DNA of 64,000 bases from Nitrospirota bacterium (GCA_963790025.1 CAWBMP010000004.1:256001-320000); one strand, 5' to 3'; counted from the stretch's first letter, positions 40,054-51,515 are shown. Translations and numbers: made by a program. Notes: generated by a model from the letters alone, not told the origin.

Positions 40054-41961
40054 TCAGGTGATCTCTTTGCTAAGCAGTATATCTGTTTTCACATGAGCCA
40101 TCGTATAAATCTCATTTAAATACTTGCTGATATCGACCTGCTGCCTGCCAATGTATGGTTTCAGGTAGTTAACTGAATGCTCAATCATCTTTTTATATAC
40201 AAGATCATTGAGGAAATATGATGGGAAATCAACTATGCAGTTGTTAAATGCCGAATATAACTGCTGGTCACTATAATCCATGAAATCAAATTTACTATAG
40301 GTCACAATTATCTTACTCTCAAAATCGCTCCACAACTTGATAAAGGCATTCATATGAATAGCAGGGAGTTTGAGGATGTCTTTAAAAATAATCAGATCGA
40401 AATAGGCAAAGTCTTTTAGATACCACTGATCGTCAGATAAGTTACTGCATGATATTACAATAAATGTCTTTGAATTCAGTCCAAATCCTTCAGAGTCAAT
40501 GATCTTGCCGAGAATAAAATGTGCATAAGAAGCGTCCTCATATCTTAACGCCATTCTTTTTAAATTCATAATGTTGAAATCCCTGAAAGCCTGCAGCAGA
40601 TATCCGAACCTTATGTCCCTGCCAAAGTAGTATATAGGATCAAATGAACTGGATGGCAAGGAAGGTCTTGCGAGATGTTCCTTAACGGCAAGGTTATTTG
40701 AAATAATCTTTGCCTCATTCACTGATTCATCAAGAAACTCAGCGATCTTTTTGTCATCCATTCCCTTGCCCTTGAGCCTTTTTGAGAGACTAAACCCGCT
40801 CTCGGCGTCTCTGTCCATAACGAAAACAACAGTGCGGAAGGTCAGGTATGCGATATAAGAAAAGACAAGTCCGTTCTTGGTAAGTTTTATTCTGATATCT
40901 TTTGGAAGGGAATAGTGCGGATTGAGTGTATTATGCGCCAGGACATAACCATTATAGAGTTCCTCAAAAGCCCCCAGGACCTTTTCAAAATGGTATTTGC
41001 CTATTTGAATCTGATCTGCCCCGAATAATGCCCTTTCGTATGACAGTGATACCTCTGAATATAACCTGAATGGGGATTTATAATACTTGTCCAGTATCCC
41101 GCTGCTTTCGCGTATCAACAGTTCGACCCCAACTGTCTCAGAGGAAAGAAGGGCGTCACCCTCGGGTTGAATATCGAAAAAACCAAAGAAACGGCACAAC
41201 TTTCTAAAAACTGCAGACTTTAGAATACTATAAGCCTCATAGTCCTCAAACATGGAGACGGCGTTCTTGGACTGGAAAAACCTTTTGTGACCATAGATAC
41301 GCAAAATCTCACGAACTTTAGTATGGCCCAGCCTGTTTATGGCAAAGTCAATACTCACTTTTTGAATTTTGATGCCGGCATCTGAACTTACCGCTTTTGC
41401 AATCATCATGTCCTTCAGTAAGGGCAAGCTTTCCTCTTTTTCCCTGGCAGTTCCTCCGTCTGGTTCTCCATCTTTTGCCTTTAACGCCTCCATATCTGTT
41501 CTTCTTTTTAATTCCTCCAGACTGGAGATATCATCTATATATGCCCCTATCTTTTTCATATTCGGCTCATGGCTGTCCATTTCCAGGATAAGATTCACCA
41601 TTTTGGTCAGGATCTCATCTTTTTTATATTGCTGGATGGCTTTTTCCGGTATGCTCATCTGAGGCGGCGCCAGCACTTCTTTTGGCTTTTTAATCCTCTT
41701 GACAATAAATGCAGGGTCGTTAAAGGCCCCTGAAAATTGCAAGCCGATAAAGTCGTTGTTTTCCCACCGCACCTCTGTTTTTATTTCCACGGTGGCGATG
41801 TTGAAGTTTAATGCCGGGATTTTGTTAGTAAAGCCGGTTGCTTTCCTTATCTTCAGGCCTTTTCTACTGACCTCAACAACGCTACCAATGCCTTCAACCG
41901 GGATCTCATCGATAATATATCTATCGCATTTTCTCCGGTTGAGCGGTTTTTTAGTTTCCAT
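40054..41961 (-). CDS. PilZ-domain protein with HDOD-like central region
   Basis: RRKCDR and EVSRKG PilZ-like motifs, EVRW..IGLQF; SIDFAINRLG resembles HDOD. Confidence 0.6.
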   Translation of the reverse strand: METKKPLNRRKCDRYIIDEIPVEGIGSVVEVSRKGLKIRKATGFTNKIPALNFNIATVEIKTEVRWENNDFIGLQFSGAFNDPAFIVKRIKKPKEVLAPPQMSIPEKAIQQYKKDEILTKMVNLILEMDSHEPNMKKIGAYIDDISSLEELKRRTDMEALKAKDGEPDGGTAREKEESLPLLKDMMIAKAVSSDAGIKIQKVSIDFAINRLGHTKVREILRIYGHKRFFQSKNAVSMFEDYEAYSILKSAVFRKLCRFFGFFDIQPEGDALLSSETVGVELLIRESSGILDKYYKSPFRLYSEVSLSYERALFGADQIQIGKYHFEKVLGAFEELYNGYVLAHNTLNPHYSLPKDIRIKLTKNGLVFSYIAYLTFRTVVFVMDRDAESGFSLSKRLKGKGMDDKKIAEFLDESVNEAKIISNNLAVKEHLARPSLPSSSFDPIYYFGRDIRFGYLLQAFRDFNIMNLKRMALRYEDASYAHFILGKIIDSEGFGLNSKTFIVISCSNLSDDQWYLKDFAYFDLIIFKDILKLPAIHMNAFIKLWSDFESKIIVTYSKFDFMDYSDQQLYSAFNNCIVDFPSYFLNDLVYKKMIEHSVNYLKPYIGRQQVDISKYLNEIYTMAHVKTDILLSKEIT

Positions 41962-42188
41962 GCTCCGTTCCTCCCGTCAAAAAAAGCATCTAACGATCTT
42001 AAAACCCAAAGAGGCTATGGACAACTGCAATTCCAATATTGATTTAGCAAACAATTAATACTCAATTGTCAATAATTATGTATCAGCGGAGAAATAATAG
42101 CAATAACAAAATGACCACAACTAAAATCATTGTAACCAAAAAGGCAGGAGGACTGCTTTTTAGTTCGGTTACCCATTCACTTATCTAC

Positions 42189-43304
42189 TCATTTACCTTT
42201 AAAGAGATTCGTGCGCTTGTAAAAAAACGGTTTTAAAACCTTCAGTCCCACAACACCGGCCACAGGTTTGACCAGCCACGACGTAAAGCCCCTGCTCCCG
42301 AGGCATCGTTTACAGTAAGGATGCTCAAGTTTGTAATGCTTGAACCCTTCCATGATTTTCCCCAGCCTGTCAGATGAAAGTATCTCTTCTAGCGATGCTT
42401 CATTAAGGTTACCCACCTTCGTATTGCCGTCAAAATCCATACAACACAGCACCACGTCACCGTTGTAAAGGATGCCGAAGTGATCGCGCATTCCGAAACA
42501 GTAGCCGGCCCAGGCATCGCGTACTTTTTCATCACCAAATGCATGTCCCCAGTCATCCAGCACATAGGTTTCAAAAAATATGTCCGGGTACACCTCAACT
42601 ACATTCCATTTATAGGCTACGAGGCTTTTGATCGCCTTCATCGCTGAACTCCGCTCTTCGGGAGCAACCCCTAAAAGATCATAAATACGCCCGGCCCAAA
42701 ACTCGAACGTTTTTCTCAACTCTTCTGTGGACGAAATGACACGTACCGGTCCGGTCCTCTGCTCCATCGACTTTTTTCTGAACCTGGTATTCAAAAAACG
42801 GAATTTAAATACAGTGTCTTTATGTCTCTCATGATACGCATGGAAAAATTCAAGTATCCCTTCAAGATAGGATTCGAATGTCCTGGAACCGGCTTTCCTA
42901 TAAGCAAACGACCTCGCATCGGGCGTCTGGAGTGAAATATCGAGCTGGTGAAGCTCATAATCGAGTAGCCGCCTGCCTGTTTCACCGCCAAGTCCTGCCC
43001 CGTTGGTTGTAAGGCCTACCTTCATCTTTTCCCCGGCAGCGTGGTCCAGTATGTCGAAAAAATCCTTGTGCAGGGTGGGCTCGCCCATTACATGAAAGGT
43101 GATTTTTTCGCAGATCCCGTGGGTTTTCAGATCGGTTATGATATTCTTGGCAAGCTTTGTCTTCATATATCCGAATGGCCGTTTCATTTCAGACTTGGGG
43201 CAAAAGATGCAATTGAAATCACACACATTTGTCAGCTCGATGTGTACGCGCTTGAGCGGTATTTCAATATGCCCGAATTTTCCGGATGTCACCGATTTCT
43301 TCAC
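42189..43304 (-). CDS. Radical SAM/SPASM-twitch domain protein
   Basis: ELTNVCDFNCIFCP, GEPTLH, TTNG, GDVVLCCMD, CKRC. Confidence 0.88.
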   Translation of the reverse strand: MKKSVTSGKFGHIEIPLKRVHIELTNVCDFNCIFCPKSEMKRPFGYMKTKLAKNIITDLKTHGICEKITFHVMGEPTLHKDFFDILDHAAGEKMKVGLTTNGAGLGGETGRRLLDYELHQLDISLQTPDARSFAYRKAGSRTFESYLEGILEFFHAYHERHKDTVFKFRFLNTRFRKKSMEQRTGPVRVISSTEELRKTFEFWAGRIYDLLGVAPEERSSAMKAIKSLVAYKWNVVEVYPDIFFETYVLDDWGHAFGDEKVRDAWAGYCFGMRDHFGILYNGDVVLCCMDFDGNTKVGNLNEASLEEILSSDRLGKIMEGFKHYKLEHPYCKRCLGSRGFTSWLVKPVAGVVGLKVLKPFFYKRTNLFKGK

Positions 43305-43458
43305 TGTTTATCAATCACCTTTGCCTGTTTTGATTTATTATAACTGTTCCCGGAAAATGGCGTACATCACCAGGGTATTTACCCTGCCCGTCTTAAATTG
43401 AATATCGTTTCTTTCTTATGTTAGTATAACGTTATTTCCGGAAAAGGAGCCTATAGTT

Positions 43459-45045
43459 ATGGAAGAAAAAATACAAGCCCTCATAAAGGCTTTCAGGGAC
43501 GGCGGAGGAAATGTCCTGTCCCTTATGCAAGACACGCAGGAAGCATTCGGTTATATCCCTGAAGAGGCTGTAAATATTTTTTCAAAAGAACTAAAAATTC
43601 CTGCAAGCAATTTCTATGGAGTTTCCACATTTTACAAGCAGTTTGATCTGCAACCCGGTATGGTCCATGGTACGTCCGATAACCAGGTTACCGGCTGCGC
43701 CCCTGCTGCCCAGGGGCAGACGACAGATAAGAAGCAGGTAAAAGTGCTGTTGTCCGTCTGCGGCATTATCGATCCTGAAGACATCGAAGCCTACCGGTCC
43801 GCGGGCGGCTACTCTGCAATTGAAAAAGCTTTGACTTCCATGACACCTGAAGAAGTGATCGACGTAATAAAAAAATCAGGACTGCTTGGCCGCGGGGGAA
43901 GCGGTTTTCCCACAGGCGTCAAATGGGAGGTCTGTCGCAATGCTCAAGCTGATCAGAAATACATAGTATGCAACACCGACGAAGGCGACCCTGGGGCATT
44001 CACGTACAGGGCCATTCTGGAAGGGAACCCGCACTCGGTCATCGAGGGCATGGCAATAGGCGCGTTTGCTATCGGCGCTACAAAGGGCTATGTTTATGTA
44101 CGCGGCGAATATCCCTTTGCCGTGCAGCGGCTGAAGAAGGCCATTGCATCGGCGCAGGAGAAAGGATACCTTGGCGTCAATCTTTTCAGTAAGGGGTTCG
44201 ATTTCGATATCACGATAAAGTTGGGCGCAGGCGCCTTTGTTTGCGGTGAGGAAACCGCGCTTATGGAGGCTATAGAGGGGCATCGGGGAATGTCGAGGGC
44301 AAAACCGCCCTTCCCTGTGCAACACGGGTTATGGGGAAAGCCCACTGTCGTGAACAACATCGAGACCCTGGCAAATGTCCCTTACATTATCGAGAAGGGA
44401 CACGACTGGTTTTCGTCATATGGAACCGAAAAATCAAAAGGCACTAAGCTCATCTCTCTTACCGGAAACTTAAAAAGCACCGGCTTGTTCGAAGTGCCGA
44501 TGGGCATTACCCTGAAAGAGATTATTTATGATATAGGCGGTGGGATGGAAGACGGCAAGACGCTGAAAGCTGTCCATATCGGAGGCCCTTTAGGAGGCTG
44601 CCTCACTGCCGACATGCTGGACGTCAAACTGGACTACGAGTCTCTTGAAAAAGCCGGTTCTTTTCTGGGGTCCGGCGGAATTATTGTACTCGATGAAAAC
44701 AGTTGCATGGTGGACATGGCAAAACGCTTTGTAACCTTTTCGCGGGACGAGTCGTGCGGCAAATGCGTGCCTTGCAGGATCGGTACCAAACGTCTCCTTG
44801 ATATGCTCGACAGGATAACTAAAGGGCTCGGCAGGGAGGGAGATCTCGAAATTATAGAGAAACTTGGCAACGACATGAAAGCCGCATCATTGTGCGGTCT
44901 TGGTCAAGGGGCCCCCAATCCAGTGCTCAGCACGCTCAAGCACTTCAGGGATGAGTACTTAACACATATAAAAGACAGGAAGTGCGTTGCTGACGTATGC
45001 AGTGACATCCAGCAGGAAGCAGAGGCTGTTTTAAACCTGATTTGA
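43459..45045 (+). CDS. NuoE(N-terminal fragment)-NuoF fusion, NADH-binding flavoprotein subunit of formate dehydrogenase
   Basis: NuoE N-terminus (QEAFGYIP..YGVSTFY), SGLLGRGGSGFPTG, DEGDPG, GAGAFVCGEETAL, ESCGKCVPCRIG, SLCGLG. Confidence 0.88.
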   Translation: MEEKIQALIKAFRDGGGNVLSLMQDTQEAFGYIPEEAVNIFSKELKIPASNFYGVSTFYKQFDLQPGMVHGTSDNQVTGCAPAAQGQTTDKKQVKVLLSVCGIIDPEDIEAYRSAGGYSAIEKALTSMTPEEVIDVIKKSGLLGRGGSGFPTGVKWEVCRNAQADQKYIVCNTDEGDPGAFTYRAILEGNPHSVIEGMAIGAFAIGATKGYVYVRGEYPFAVQRLKKAIASAQEKGYLGVNLFSKGFDFDITIKLGAGAFVCGEETALMEAIEGHRGMSRAKPPFPVQHGLWGKPTVVNNIETLANVPYIIEKGHDWFSSYGTEKSKGTKLISLTGNLKSTGLFEVPMGITLKEIIYDIGGGMEDGKTLKAVHIGGPLGGCLTADMLDVKLDYESLEKAGSFLGSGGIIVLDENSCMVDMAKRFVTFSRDESCGKCVPCRIGTKRLLDMLDRITKGLGREGDLEIIEKLGNDMKAASLCGLGQGAPNPVLSTLKHFRDEYLTHIKDRKCVADVCSDIQQEAEAVLNLI

Positions 45046-45080
45046 GGTAAAAAAATCAAATATGTAGGCAGGGAGCAATA

Positions 45081-47762
45081 ATGATAAAGGCAACTATAGA
45101 CGGCAAAATAATTGAAGTTAAGGAAGGCACCACTGTTTTGGAAACAGCAAAGCTGCTGGGCATTTCAATACCAACGCTATGCCACCATCCCAAGCTGACC
45201 CCGACCGGCGGCTGCAGGCTCTGCATCGTTGAGATAAAGGGGTTTCAGCGGCCGGTCACATCGTGCACAACGCCGGTGACCGAGGGGATGGAAGTAACAA
45301 CATCATCCCCTCTCATCGCGGATTTGCGGAAGAGTATGCTCGACCTTATTCTTTCGGACCATCCGCTCGACTGCCCGAGATGTATACGTGGCGGCGACTG
45401 CCAGCTGCAGGATGTGGCTTTTTTATACGGGGCGAAAGAAAACAAGTTCCCGGGTGAAAGAAGGGAATACACAAAAATTGACATCAACCCCTTCATCTCA
45501 AGGGACATGGAAAAGTGCATTCTTTGCGAAAGGTGTGTCAAGATTTGTGATGAGGTGCAGGGTGTAGGGGCCATCGATATTGCTTACAAGGGCTTTAAAT
45601 CAAAGATATGTCCGCCATACGAAAACCCCCTTGATTGCGAATTTTGCGGTCAATGCGTATCCGTGTGTCCCACCGGCGCCCTTGCCGGAAAGATGTGGGA
45701 CCGCAAAGACAAGAGCTGTGATGAAAAACAGGTCGATACAGTCTGTCCTTATTGCGGCACAGGCTGCCATATCACGCTGCATGTGCAACAGGACAGAATC
45801 ACGAAGCGCGACAGGGTCATACGCGTAACTTCAAGAGATGACACCTGGAACAAGGGCTTGCTGTGTGTAAAAGGGAGGTTCGGTTACAAATTCATCAACA
45901 GTCCGGACAGGCTCACAAAGCCGCTTGTAAGGAAAAACGACCGCTTCGAAGAAGTTTCGTGGGAAGAGGCCTATGAATACACTGCAAAAAGGCTGAACGA
46001 GATAAAGGCCGCCTACGGTCCCGATTCAATCGGCGGGTTATCATCGGCCCGTTGCACAAATGAAGAAAATTATGCCTTTCAAAAAATGATAAGGGCCGCG
46101 GTGGGGACGAACAATGTCGACCACTGCGCCCGACTTTGACACGCGCCAACGGTGGCCAGTCTGGCTGCCATATTCGGCTCTGGCGCGATGACAAATTCCA
46201 TCGAGGAAATCGAAGGAATGGAAGTCATATTCATCATTGGCTCAAATACCAAAGAAACGCATCCGGTTATCGCCAACAGGATGATTAAGGCATACCGGAA
46301 GGGGGCGAAGATAATAATAGCCGACCCGCGTAACGTGCCGATGACCCGTTTTGCCGATACGGTACTGAACCTGCAACCTGGTACTGATATAGCACTGATC
46401 AACGGGATCGCCCATGTCATTATCAAGGAAGGGCTTGAGAATAAGACCTTTATCCAGGAAAAGACAGAGGGCTTTGAGGAATGGAAGAAATTGCTGGAGG
46501 AATATACTCCTGAATATGTAGAAAAAATAACCGGAGTGAGCCAGGAAAATATCATAAAGGCCGCACGTCTTTACGGCGGCTCCCGGAAGGCCGGCCTTTT
46601 CTACACCATGGGTATAACGCAGCATACCTGCGGCACAGATAATGTGGCCGCAGTTGCAAACCTGGTCACGCTCACTGGCAATATTGGACGGGAATCTACA
46701 GGGGTGAACCCTCTAAGGGGACAGAACAATGTCCAGGGGGCTTCGGATGCAGCCTGCCTGCCCTCTGTTTACCCGGGATACCAGAAGGCTGACGATCCCG
46801 ATATAAGGGCCAAATTTGAAAAGGCATGGGGAGTGCCGCTCGCCCCAAAATCAGGCCTGACAGCAACACAAATGATACCGGCAGCTCTCGAAGGGAAGAT
46901 AAAGGCACTCTATATAATGGGAGAAAACCCGGTCATTACCGATCCCAATACGCATCATACAGTTGACGCCCTCAACAAGCTCGCTTTTCTGGTTGTCCAG
47001 GATATCTTCCTGACAGAAACAGCCCAGCTTGCTGACGTAGTACTGCCTTCAACATGTTTTGCCGAAAAAGAAGGCACTTTCTCCAATACTGCGAGAAAGG
47101 TCCAAAGAGTAAGAAAGGCTGTTGATCCTCCTGGCGACGCCCGTTCCGACCTCTCCATCATCATGGAGATGTCACGCCGGCTCGGCTATCCAATGCACTA
47201 TAAATCTCCGGAGGACGTTCTGGTTGAGTTCGGCCAGGTATGGCCCAATCTTGCGGGGATAACGTACAAGCGTATCGACAAGGTCGGCATTCATTGGCCT
47301 TGCCCTGACAAGAATCATCCCGGCACCCCTTATCTCTACAAAGCGGGGTTCCCCGTAGGAAAGATACGTTTCTCTCCTATCATGTTCTCTCCACCGGCCG
47401 AGGTGACTGACAACGAGTATCCGTTTATCCTGACGACCGGAAGAAACCTGTACCAGTACCACTCCGGATCAATGACCAGACGGGTACCCGCAATCGAGGC
47501 CCATGCCGGCGAGCCTTATGTCGAAATCAGCGCCAAAGACAGCGGAAAGCTCCAGGTAAAGGATGGGGATATCTTGGCTGTCTCTTCCCGGCGCGGCACA
47601 ATAAGATTAAAAGCGAGGGTCACTTCGAAAGTCACGGAAGGTACGGTATTCATACCTATGCATTACGCCGAGGCCGCGGCAAATATGATTACAAACGACG
47701 CCCTCGATGCAAAGGTCAAAATACCTGAATACAAAGTTTGCGCTGTAAAAATAGAAAAGTGA
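45081..47762 (+). CDS. fdhA: Formate dehydrogenase alpha subunit, selenocysteine-containing (TGA 46137-46139 = Sec)
   Basis: NuoG-like Fe-S N-terminus, CPYCGTGC; DHCARL-TGA-HAPTVA continues in frame; PLRGQNNVQG; SECIS-like hairpin after the TGA. Confidence 0.93.
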
Positions 47763-47878
47763 AAAAAGACAGGCTATAGACAATGGGCAATAGGCGATAG
47801 GAAAGAAATACAAAAAAGTAACAATTAGAGCTTTTTTATCTATAGCCTATAGCCAATCTCCTATTTTATTATATTATT

Positions 47879-48400
47879 ATGATTACTGGAAGACCTTTAT
47901 TTACTACTGAGCAGATACATGAGAAGGTAGCCGAAATGGCAGCGGCAATATCGCGCGACTATGCTGGCAAGGAAGTCCTTGCAATAGGCATACTGAAAGG
48001 CGCTTTTATGTTTTTTGCCGATATTATCAGAGCTCTGAAACTTCCTGTTACGACGGATTTTTTTATCGCATCGAGCTATTTTAAAACTGCTTCCACAGGC
48101 AATACGACATTACAATACGAACCGCGGGAGTCTGTCAAGGGAAAGAATATCCTCCTTATCGATGATATAGTTGATACAGGCCTGTCACTGAATTACATAA
48201 GGGAAATGCTCTTGTCCCGGGGACCTGAGAGTGTCAGGATTTGCGTCCTGCTCGACAAAAAAGAGAGACGCCTCATTCACGTGCCCTTGGATTACGTGGG
48301 TTTTGACATTCCCAATGAGTTCGTTGTCGGCTATGGCCTCGATTATGAAAACAAATACAGAAACCTGCCTTATATAGCAGTATTCAAGAAGGAAACATAA
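47879..48400 (+). CDS. hpt: Hypoxanthine phosphoribosyltransferase
   Basis: GILKGAF, LLIDDIVDTG, FVVGYGLDY..YRNLPYI. Confidence 0.93.
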   Translation: MITGRPLFTTEQIHEKVAEMAAAISRDYAGKEVLAIGILKGAFMFFADIIRALKLPVTTDFFIASSYFKTASTGNTTLQYEPRESVKGKNILLIDDIVDTGLSLNYIREMLLSRGPESVRICVLLDKKERRLIHVPLDYVGFDIPNEFVVGYGLDYENKYRNLPYIAVFKKET

Positions 48401-48526
48401 AATAACGTTCAGCGTGGTGCGTACAGCGTTCCAGCGTTAAAAAAATGAAAAGATCAAAATATTTTGTAAATTCTTTGAACGCTGAACACAGTACGCTATA
48501 TGCTATAACGTCTTTGGAGGGTTTTT

Positions 48527-48898
48527 ATGTATGAATTGATGATAGAAACTGGTTTTGCCTCGGCCCATCAGCTCAGGGGATATAAAGGCAAATGCGAGAA
48601 CATTCATGGTCATAATTGGAAAGTCCAGGTATATGTGACCACTGACCGTCTGAATGAAATCGACCTCGCCATCGACTTCCATGATCTGAAGCGGGTCACT
48701 AATGAAGTGATTACTCAACTCGATCATACATGTCTTAATGACATATTTCCCTTTACGGAGAGAAACCCGTCTTCTGAAAATATCGCGCGGTGGATATCCG
48801 ATTCATTACGGAAGAGGCTTGCAGAATACAAGGTGAATTTATCTGCCGTGACTGTTTGGGAATCCGAAAGCGCTTCAGCAACTTATTACGAAGAATAA
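48527..48898 (+). CDS. queD: 6-carboxytetrahydropterin synthase
   Basis: FASAHQL, CENIHGHNW, LDH, NPSSENIA, VWES. Confidence 0.93.
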   Translation: MYELMIETGFASAHQLRGYKGKCENIHGHNWKVQVYVTTDRLNEIDLAIDFHDLKRVTNEVITQLDHTCLNDIFPFTERNPSSENIARWISDSLRKRLAEYKVNLSAVTVWESESASATYYEE

Positions 48899-48906
48899 TA
48901 GAAACA

Positions 48907-50241
48907 GTGGATAAGGTATTTGCAGAAAAAATGTTGGCCCTCGCCCTCGCCAGAGGCGCCGATGAAGCCGAAGTTTTTACTAAAAAATCGACAAACCTCG
49001 GAATCGAGGTCAAAGACCAAAAGATAGATACACTTGAGTCCTCCGTAACAGCTGGGTACGGTATCAGGGTGATAAAAAACAGACAACCCGGTTTCTCCTA
49101 CTCTACCGATCCCGTCGATATGTCTCGTGTTGTGGATACGGCTTTATCTGTAGCGCGGTATGCTGAGCCGGACGATTATCTTGGATTTCCTTTGTCGCGC
49201 CATGCCGGGGAGGTGTCGGTCTTCGATAGACGAATAGCCTCGATTACCGAGGATGAAGCAATAGGGCATGTCATGCTGATAGAAAAATCCGCCCTCGACA
49301 CTGACAGGCGAATTAAAAAGATCAGAAAAGCTGCGGGGAGTTTCGGCACGAGTGATACGTGCATTGTCAACTCAAAAGGGGTAGATGCCTGTTATAGCGC
49401 TTCAGGGTGTTCGGCACAGATCACAGTAGTCGCCGAGGAAGGCGCCGAAAGCCAGATGGGCTGGGACTACGAGGGGAGCAGATTTCTCGATGAGGTAGCG
49501 TTTGGCCGGGTTGGCGTCACTGCGGCCAAGAAAGCGCTGCAACTGTTGGGTGCCAAAAAAATTACCCCAATAAAGGGATTTATTCTTCTGGATAGTTCTG
49601 TTGCTTCGGACTTTCTCGGCATTTTCGCTTCCGCACTGTCGGCGGAAGCCGTTCAAAAGGGCAAATCCATGCTTGCAGGGAAAAAGGGAGAACAAGTGAT
49701 GAGCCCGCTGCTCAATATAATTGATAACGGTCTGCTCGACGGCAAGTTAGGCAGCAGGCCTTTCGACGGTGAAGGCGTGCCGACTATGAGCAAAGTCTTG
49801 ATTGAAAGGGGCTTACTGACAGGCTTCTTGTATAATACCTATACCGCGCGCAAAGAAGGTGTCCAGTCTACCGGAAACGCCGCAAGAGGCGGACCATCGG
49901 GGTCTCCCGGCGTAGGACCGACTAACCTTTATATGGAGCCGTCATCCAAAAAACACGCACTGGAGTTTGGAAAGCTTCTGGGAACAGTTGATAAAGGCCT
50001 TTATGTAATAGAGACCATGGGCATGCATACAGCGAATCCGGTATCAGGTGAATTCTCGGTTGGCGTATCAGGATTATGGATTGAAAATGGAGTAGTACGT
50101 TACCCGGTAAAAGAGGCGGTTATTTCCGGGACCATACTCGATTTGTTCAGGCAGGTCGTCATGGTTGGCGATGACTTGAGATTTTATGGTAACATAGGAA
50201 TCGCGTCTCTTTTGATTGAGGCAATAGATATAAGCGGATAA
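48907..50241 (+). CDS. pmbA: TldD/PmbA family protein (PmbA-like)
   Basis: GADEAEV, GSRPFDGEGV, STGNAAR, NPVSGEFS; no HExxGH motif. Confidence 0.85.
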   Translation: MDKVFAEKMLALALARGADEAEVFTKKSTNLGIEVKDQKIDTLESSVTAGYGIRVIKNRQPGFSYSTDPVDMSRVVDTALSVARYAEPDDYLGFPLSRHAGEVSVFDRRIASITEDEAIGHVMLIEKSALDTDRRIKKIRKAAGSFGTSDTCIVNSKGVDACYSASGCSAQITVVAEEGAESQMGWDYEGSRFLDEVAFGRVGVTAAKKALQLLGAKKITPIKGFILLDSSVASDFLGIFASALSAEAVQKGKSMLAGKKGEQVMSPLLNIIDNGLLDGKLGSRPFDGEGVPTMSKVLIERGLLTGFLYNTYTARKEGVQSTGNAARGGPSGSPGVGPTNLYMEPSSKKHALEFGKLLGTVDKGLYVIETMGMHTANPVSGEFSVGVSGLWIENGVVRYPVKEAVISGTILDLFRQVVMVGDDLRFYGNIGIASLLIEAIDISG

Positions 50242-50341
50242 AATCAGGTAAAGGTATAGGCTAAGAAAATAAGAACACATACGTTGTGTTATTTTCTTAA
50301 CCTCAACCTTAACCTTTGCCTGCTTTAAACGGAGGATATTA

Positions 50342-51499
50342 ATGGATTATTTCTTGACAGAGGAACAACTCATGATCCGTGATCTCGCACGGCAGATCGC
50401 AGAGGAAAAAGTCGTTCCGGTCAGAGCAGAACTCGATGAAAAAGGCGAGTATCCGTGGGAAATTATTAAAGTACTGGCCCAGTCGGATATGATCGGACTT
50501 TTCATCCCCGAAGAATACGGCGGCCTTGGTAAAGGCTGTCTTGAACTCTGCCTGGTTGTGGAGGAGCTGTCGCGGGCCTGTGTCGGTGTTTCGACAACAT
50601 ATGCCGCCAACGCCCTCGGGACATTTCCTCTCCTGCTTTTCGGTTCCGATGAGCAAAAGAAACAGTACTTGCCTGATATCGCAGTGGGCAAAAGGCTGGT
50701 TGCATTCGGTCTTACCGAGGCCAATGCCGGCAGCGATGCCGGAGGGATCCAGACTACCGCAAAGCTTGAGGGCAACGAATACATTTTAAACGGGACCAAG
50801 CAGTGGATCACAAACGGAGGAGAAGCCGAGATTTACACAATCATAGCCATTACCGACAAATCAAAAGGGCCGCGAGGGGCCTCTGCCTTTGTGGTTGAAA
50901 AGGGGACTCCCGGGTTCACCTTCGGAAAGAAGGAAAACAAGATGGGCATCAGGGCATCCTCGACAAGAGAGCTGATTTTCGATAACTGCAGGATCCCTAA
51001 AAACAATATTATCGCAAAAGAGGGAATGGGGTTTGTCGTTGCGATGAAAACGCTCGATCAATCGAGGACCGGTGTCGGAGCACAGGGCCTGGGCGTGGCA
51101 CAGGGTGCATTTGAAGAGGCGGTCAAGTTTGCCCGCGACCGGCACCAGTTCGGACACCCCATTATAAGCTTTCAGGCAATCCAGCACATGCTCGCCGATA
51201 TAGCGATGCAGATTGAGGCTGCACGCTCGCTGGTATATTCTGTTGCGCGGTATGTCGACAGCGGGGCAAAGGATTTATCAAAGGAATCTGCGATGGCAAA
51301 GACATTCGCTACCGACGTGGGGATGAAGGTGACCATTGATGCGTTGCAGATCATGGGCGGGGCCGGATACATGAAGGAATATCCCGTCGAAAAAATGATG
51401 CGTGACGCAAAAATACTCCAGATATACGAGGGCACCAATCAGATACAGAGGAATGTTATCGGTCAGGCCTTGATTAAAGAAGCCGCCAAGAAAAAGTAG
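50342..51499 (+). CDS. Acyl-CoA dehydrogenase (butyryl-CoA dehydrogenase-like)
   Basis: FGLTEANAGSD, NGTKQWITN, KMGIRAS, QIYEGTNQIQR. Confidence 0.93.
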   Translation: MDYFLTEEQLMIRDLARQIAEEKVVPVRAELDEKGEYPWEIIKVLAQSDMIGLFIPEEYGGLGKGCLELCLVVEELSRACVGVSTTYAANALGTFPLLLFGSDEQKKQYLPDIAVGKRLVAFGLTEANAGSDAGGIQTTAKLEGNEYILNGTKQWITNGGEAEIYTIIAITDKSKGPRGASAFVVEKGTPGFTFGKKENKMGIRASSTRELIFDNCRIPKNNIIAKEGMGFVVAMKTLDQSRTGVGAQGLGVAQGAFEEAVKFARDRHQFGHPIISFQAIQHMLADIAMQIEAARSLVYSVARYVDSGAKDLSKESAMAKTFATDVGMKVTIDALQIMGGAGYMKEYPVEKMMRDAKILQIYEGTNQIQRNVIGQALIKEAAKKK

Positions 51500-51515
51500 C
51501 AAGGAATAAGGATCT

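Noticed and set aside
42189..43304. RiPP cluster around the radical SAM/SPASM gene
   Set aside because: No precursor peptide, RRE/PqqD domain or transporter nearby.
45081..47762. fdhA pseudogene split by a stop codon
   Set aside because: The TGA is in frame at the catalytic Cys/Sec position and is followed by a SECIS-like hairpin.
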